In this document: piece after piece, positions 60,215-64,000 of the stretch
How positions within the stretch are numbered: the stretch's first letter is position 1
Layout of the letters: each line of letters starts with the position of its first letter
Assembly: GCA_041640595.1 (NCBI GenBank)
Contig: JBEPZY010000001.1
Coordinates: forward strand, 224,001 to 288,000
DNA: 64,000 nt
Source: Gemmatales bacterium
GTDB lineage: Bacteria; Planctomycetota; Planctomycetia; Gemmatales; HRBIN36
Direction of reading: 5' to 3'
Notes under the pieces: model-generated
What the model saw: the letters and a program-made list of their open reading frames with translations, nothing else
Told to the model about the DNA's origin: nothing
Databases searched by the model: none
Translations under genes and position numbers: made by a program

Positions 60215-60319
60215 ACTTCCCCTCCTGTTTGTGTGCTGAGTGCTGCGTTCTTGGCGGCGATAGTGAAGCGACCGCCCGACGGGTTAGCTCCTTGCCGAGC
60301 AGGTTCAAGATGGCGACGA

Positions 60320-60994
60320 TTACTGCTTTTGTTCGGAAGGCTGGGCCGTCTGATCACCGCCAGTGCTGGCGGAGCTGGCTTGTTGGGAACTGGCCTGTTC
60401 CGAACCGGCTTGTTCGGTCATGGCAGTGCTGACGATTACTCGGGCCGGTCGCAGCACGCGATCGTGATAAAAATATCCTGCCTCGAGCACTTTCAGTACG
60501 GTGTTAGGCGGGTGATCGCGGCTCGGCTGCTGCATGACTGCCTGGTGTAGATGCGGGTCGAAGGGCTGACCTTCCGCATCCATCGGCACAATGCCGTGTT
60601 TGCGAAGCACCTGTTGCAGTTGCTGATAAATCATCGCCACGCCCTGGCGCAAGGGCGAATCCTGTTGCACCGAATCGAGTGCCCGCTGGAAGTTGTCCAG
60701 TACCGGCAGCAGATCGAGGGCCAGCGGCCAGAGCGCGAATCTCTGCTCCTGTTCGCGTTCTTTGGCGACACGCTTCTGGTAATTCTCGAAGTCGGCCCGG
60801 GTCCGAAGCAGCAGTTCTTTGAAGGTGTCGCGTTCGCGACTGAGTTGTTCGAGATCGGCAAGCACCTGGGCCGCTTCCGCTGTTCCATCGGAAGTGTTTG
60901 CGGCCGATGGCGAAGCAGTCGTCGCTGGCTTATCGGTTTTTCCGGTTGTGGAGTCGGACGAGTTGCTTGATTTCTGGGTGGTTTCGTCGCTCAT
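60320..60994 (-). CDS. grpE: nucleotide exchange factor GrpE
   Basis: ADFENYQKR, LLPVLDNF, FDPHLHQA, GY...RVLRPARV. Confidence 0.95.
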   Translation of the reverse strand: MSDETTQKSSNSSDSTTGKTDKPATTASPSAANTSDGTAEAAQVLADLEQLSRERDTFKELLLRTRADFENYQKRVAKEREQEQRFALWPLALDLLPVLDNFQRALDSVQQDSPLRQGVAMIYQQLQQVLRKHGIVPMDAEGQPFDPHLHQAVMQQPSRDHPPNTVLKVLEAGYFYHDRVLRPARVIVSTAMTEQAGSEQASSQQASSASTGGDQTAQPSEQKQ

Positions 60995-61015
60995 GGCTTG
61001 GTCCAGGATGGCGGT

Positions 61016-62170
61016 TTAATCATCGGAATCTGATTTCGCTGGCGGAGCTTCACCGCCCAGCCAGGATTTGAGCATTTCGAGAAAACTTCGCCGTTGCGGG
61101 GATACGTTTTTCTGTTCCAGTTCGGCCAGTTCCCGCAGCAATTCTTCCTGGCGGCGGGTAAGTTTGCGGGGCACTTCCACGACCACCTGAACGAGTAAGT
61201 CGCCGCGTTCCTGACTGCGTAATACTGGCATGCCCTGTTGCGGAATGCGTAACACCTCGTGGCTCTGGGTGCCCCGGGGAATGACCAGTTTCGTTGTCTT
61301 GCCGTCCAGGGTGGGAATTTCAATCTCCGCTCCCAGAGCCGCCTGGGTAAAACTGATCGGAACCTGACAGAACAGGTCGCGCCCTTGCCGACGGAAGAAC
61401 GGATGCTCTTTAACTCGTAGCACGCAGTACAAATCGCCACGCGGCGCACCAGGATCGCCCGCCTCACCCTCGCCGGGCAAATGCAAACGATGGCCGGTTT
61501 CAACACCGGGCGGAATCCGCACTTCGATGGTGCGGCGGGCCTGCACTTTGCCACGCCCCTGACAGCGCGGGCAAACCTGCGTGATTCGGTAACCCAGACC
61601 CTGGCAGCTACGGCACTGCGTCCGCACCGTCAGCAATCCTTGTCGCAGGTAAATCTCTCCGTGTCCGCCACACCGGGAACAGGTCTCCGGACGATAACCG
61701 CGTGGAATACCCGCGCCGCCACATTCACCACACAATTCCAGCCGCTCGATTTCCAGTGTCCGGCTGGTTCCGGTAAACGCTTCCCGCAGGTCGATTTCCA
61801 CGAGGGTTTCCAGATCACGACCCGGGCGCGGTCCTCGCCGGGAACGCCTGCCGCCGAAACCGAAGAAATCGCTCAACAAGTCGAAGAACGGGTCGAGTGG
61901 TTCGTGGCTCGGCCCATACGTTCCCGGCGGACTGAACGACTCATCCAGACCAGCAAATCCGTAGCGGTCGTAGCGGGCCCGTTTTTCCGGATCGCAAAGA
62001 ACCTCGTAAGCCTCGGTGATCTCCTTGAATTTCTGGGCAGCTTCTTCGTCGCCGGGATTGCGGTCGGGGTGATACTTCTTGGCCAGTTCGCGGTAGGCGC
62101 GCTTGATCTCCTCCTCGCTCGCGTTGCGGGCGACGCCCAACACTTGGTAATAATCTCGTTTACTGGCCAT
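61016..62170 (-). CDS. dnaJ: molecular chaperone DnaJ
   Basis: [11 protein letters not shown], four CxxCxGxG repeats, GDL motifs. Confidence 0.96.
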   Translation of the reverse strand: MASKRDYYQVLGVARNASEEEIKRAYRELAKKYHPDRNPGDEEAAQKFKEITEAYEVLCDPEKRARYDRYGFAGLDESFSPPGTYGPSHEPLDPFFDLLSDFFGFGGRRSRRGPRPGRDLETLVEIDLREAFTGTSRTLEIERLELCGECGGAGIPRGYRPETCSRCGGHGEIYLRQGLLTVRTQCRSCQGLGYRITQVCPRCQGRGKVQARRTIEVRIPPGVETGHRLHLPGEGEAGDPGAPRGDLYCVLRVKEHPFFRRQGRDLFCQVPISFTQAALGAEIEIPTLDGKTTKLVIPRGTQSHEVLRIPQQGMPVLRSQERGDLLVQVVVEVPRKLTRRQEELLRELAELEQKNVSPQRRSFLEMLKSWLGGEAPPAKSDSDD

Positions 62171-62231
62171 AGCCCTTGCTTCAACCGTCGCAGCCATTTT
62201 GCACAGGCTATTGAGATTTTACACCACTCAG

Positions 62232-62266
62232 AAAAAGCAGGGTGAACCGGCGTCGGTCCACCCTGC
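62232..62266 (-). terminator. putative intrinsic terminator after groEL
   Basis: Minus strand GCAGGGTGGACCG-ACGC-CGGTTCACCCTGC followed by TTTTT. Confidence 0.65.
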
Positions 62267-62333
62267 TGAGAGGTTCGGCGAATGATAGCAGTCCGACCGC
62301 TACGACGCCAGGCCAGCGGACGCGACGCCGACA

Positions 62334-63953
62334 TCAATGCACCGCACCTTCGACTTTCGGCTTGTCGGCATCTTCGTCAATCCGCGTGACCAGAACTTCC
62401 GTCGTCAGCATCAACCCAGCAATACTGGCAGCGTTTTGCAGGGCAGTGCGGACGACTTTGGTGGGATCAATGATGCCCGCCTTGTACATATCCACATACT
62501 GCCCGGTGTTGACGTCGTAGCCGATATTCGGATTGTCCTGGTCGAGAATCTCCTGAGCGATCACGGCACCGTCGCGGCCGGCGTTTTCGACCAGGGTTCG
62601 GATCGGCTGTTCCAGGGCCCGCAAAACGATCTCAGCTCCGTATTTTTCGTCGCCCTCGAGTTTCTTAGCCAGCTTCTGCACCGCCTCCTTGCAGCGGAGC
62701 AAAGCGACACCGCCACCGGGGAGAATACCTTCTTCGACGGCGGCACGGGTCGCATGCAGCGCATCTTCGACGCGTGCCTTGCGCTCTTTCATCTCGGCTT
62801 CCGTGGCCGCACCTACCTTGATGATGGCCACGCCACCAGTCAGTTTCGCCAGCCGTTCGCTGAATTTTTCCTTGTCGTATTCGCTTTCCGTCTGCTCCAT
62901 CTGGGTGCGAATCTGCTCAATGCGTTTCTGAATCTCCTGCTTCTTGCCTTTGCCGCCGATGATGGTGCAGCTTTCCTTTTCGACGCGGACACGTTCGCAC
63001 TGGCCGAGTTGCCGCGTCGTGACGTTCTCCAGTTTGATGCCCAGGTCTTCACTGATCAGTTGGCCGCCGGTCAGCACGGCGATGTCGCCGAGGATGGCTT
63101 TGCGCCGATCCCCGAAACCGGGAGCCTTGACGGCGCAGCATTGCAACACGCCGCGGAGTTTGTTCACCACCAGCGTGGCCAGTGCCTCGCCTTCCACGTC
63201 TTCAGCAATAATCAGCAACGCCCGACCTTCTTGGGCGACACGCTCCAGAAGCGGCACAATATCGCGGACGTTGCTAATCTTTTTCTCGTAAATCAGGATG
63301 TACGGATTCTCCAGCTCACAACGCATCGTGGACGGGTCAGTGATGAAGTACGGCGAAATATAGCCCTTATCGAACTGCATGCCCTCCACGAATTCCACCG
63401 TGGTTTCGGCGGTCTTGCCCTCTTCCACTTGGATGACGCCATCCTTGCCGACACGCTCGACCGCGTCGGCGAGCATTTTGCCGATGGTCATGTCGTTGTT
63501 GGCGCTGATGGCACCTACCTGGGCGATTTCCTCTTTGCTGGTCACCTTGCGGGACATCTTTTCGAGCTGGCTCACCGCCGCTTCCACGGCTTGCTCAATG
63601 CCCCGCTTAATTCCCATCGGATTAGCACCGGCGGTGGTGTGTTTGAGACCTTCCTTGTAGATTGCCGCAGCCAGGACAGTCGCAGTGGTGGTGCCATCGC
63701 CAGCGACATCGCTGGTTTTCTGAGCGACGGCGTTGACCAGCTTGGCGCCCATGTTCTCAAAAGGATCGGGCAGATCAATTTCCTTGCTCACAGTCACGCC
63801 GTCTTTGGTCACCGTCGGGTTGCCGAAGGTTTTTTCGAGGATGACGTTGTGCCCAGCTGGGCCGAGGGTGCAACCGACCGCTTTGGCCAGTTTCTCAGCA
63901 CCAGCGAGCAGTTTTTTGCGTGCATCGTCAGTGAACATCAGTTGCTTGGCCAT
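62334..63953 (-). CDS. groEL: chaperonin GroEL
   Basis: [44 protein letters not shown]. Confidence 0.98.
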   Translation of the reverse strand: MAKQLMFTDDARKKLLAGAEKLAKAVGCTLGPAGHNVILEKTFGNPTVTKDGVTVSKEIDLPDPFENMGAKLVNAVAQKTSDVAGDGTTTATVLAAAIYKEGLKHTTAGANPMGIKRGIEQAVEAAVSQLEKMSRKVTSKEEIAQVGAISANNDMTIGKMLADAVERVGKDGVIQVEEGKTAETTVEFVEGMQFDKGYISPYFITDPSTMRCELENPYILIYEKKISNVRDIVPLLERVAQEGRALLIIAEDVEGEALATLVVNKLRGVLQCCAVKAPGFGDRRKAILGDIAVLTGGQLISEDLGIKLENVTTRQLGQCERVRVEKESCTIIGGKGKKQEIQKRIEQIRTQMEQTESEYDKEKFSERLAKLTGGVAIIKVGAATEAEMKERKARVEDALHATRAAVEEGILPGGGVALLRCKEAVQKLAKKLEGDEKYGAEIVLRALEQPIRTLVENAGRDGAVIAQEILDQDNPNIGYDVNTGQYVDMYKAGIIDPTKVVRTALQNAASIAGLMLTTEVLVTRIDEDADKPKVEGAVH

Positions 63954-64000
63954 GTCTCACTCCTCGTTTGCATATCCTTTGTAATGGGAAAGCCCGACCC

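Overview
Chromosomal window from a Planctomycetota bacterium, probably Gemmatales-like. This is inferred from the MoxR/DUF58/BatA-VWA cluster, planctomycete-style Ser/Thr kinases, kdsA and the groEL-dnaJ-grpE-FmdB-yacG gene order. It holds about 46 CDS, mostly housekeeping and metabolic genes (rfbB, HU, rpsT, kdsA, sugar ABC transporter, pstCA, EF-P family, speA, mutM, PGM, chaperones). I recognised no rRNA, tRNA, CRISPR-Cas locus or transposase. Main points of interest: (1) a minimal four-gene type VII secretion-like operon (two WxD-variant WXG100-like proteins, a coiled-coil protein and an FtsK/EccC-like membrane ATPase) in a probable diderm; (2) a circularly permuted sugar-binding lipoprotein; (3) a recent tandem duplication of a Tat-exported prenyltransferase/squalene-cyclase-repeat gene with divergence concentrated in a few patches, heading a MoxR-VWA cluster; (4) two REP/REPIN-like hairpin arrays with compensatory stem variants; (5) an EF-P paralog lacking the PGKG loop; (6) an AAA_14/DUF4143 gene with twin operator-like palindromes and echoes of its own 3' end. 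All calls come from reading motifs by eye; no searches were run.
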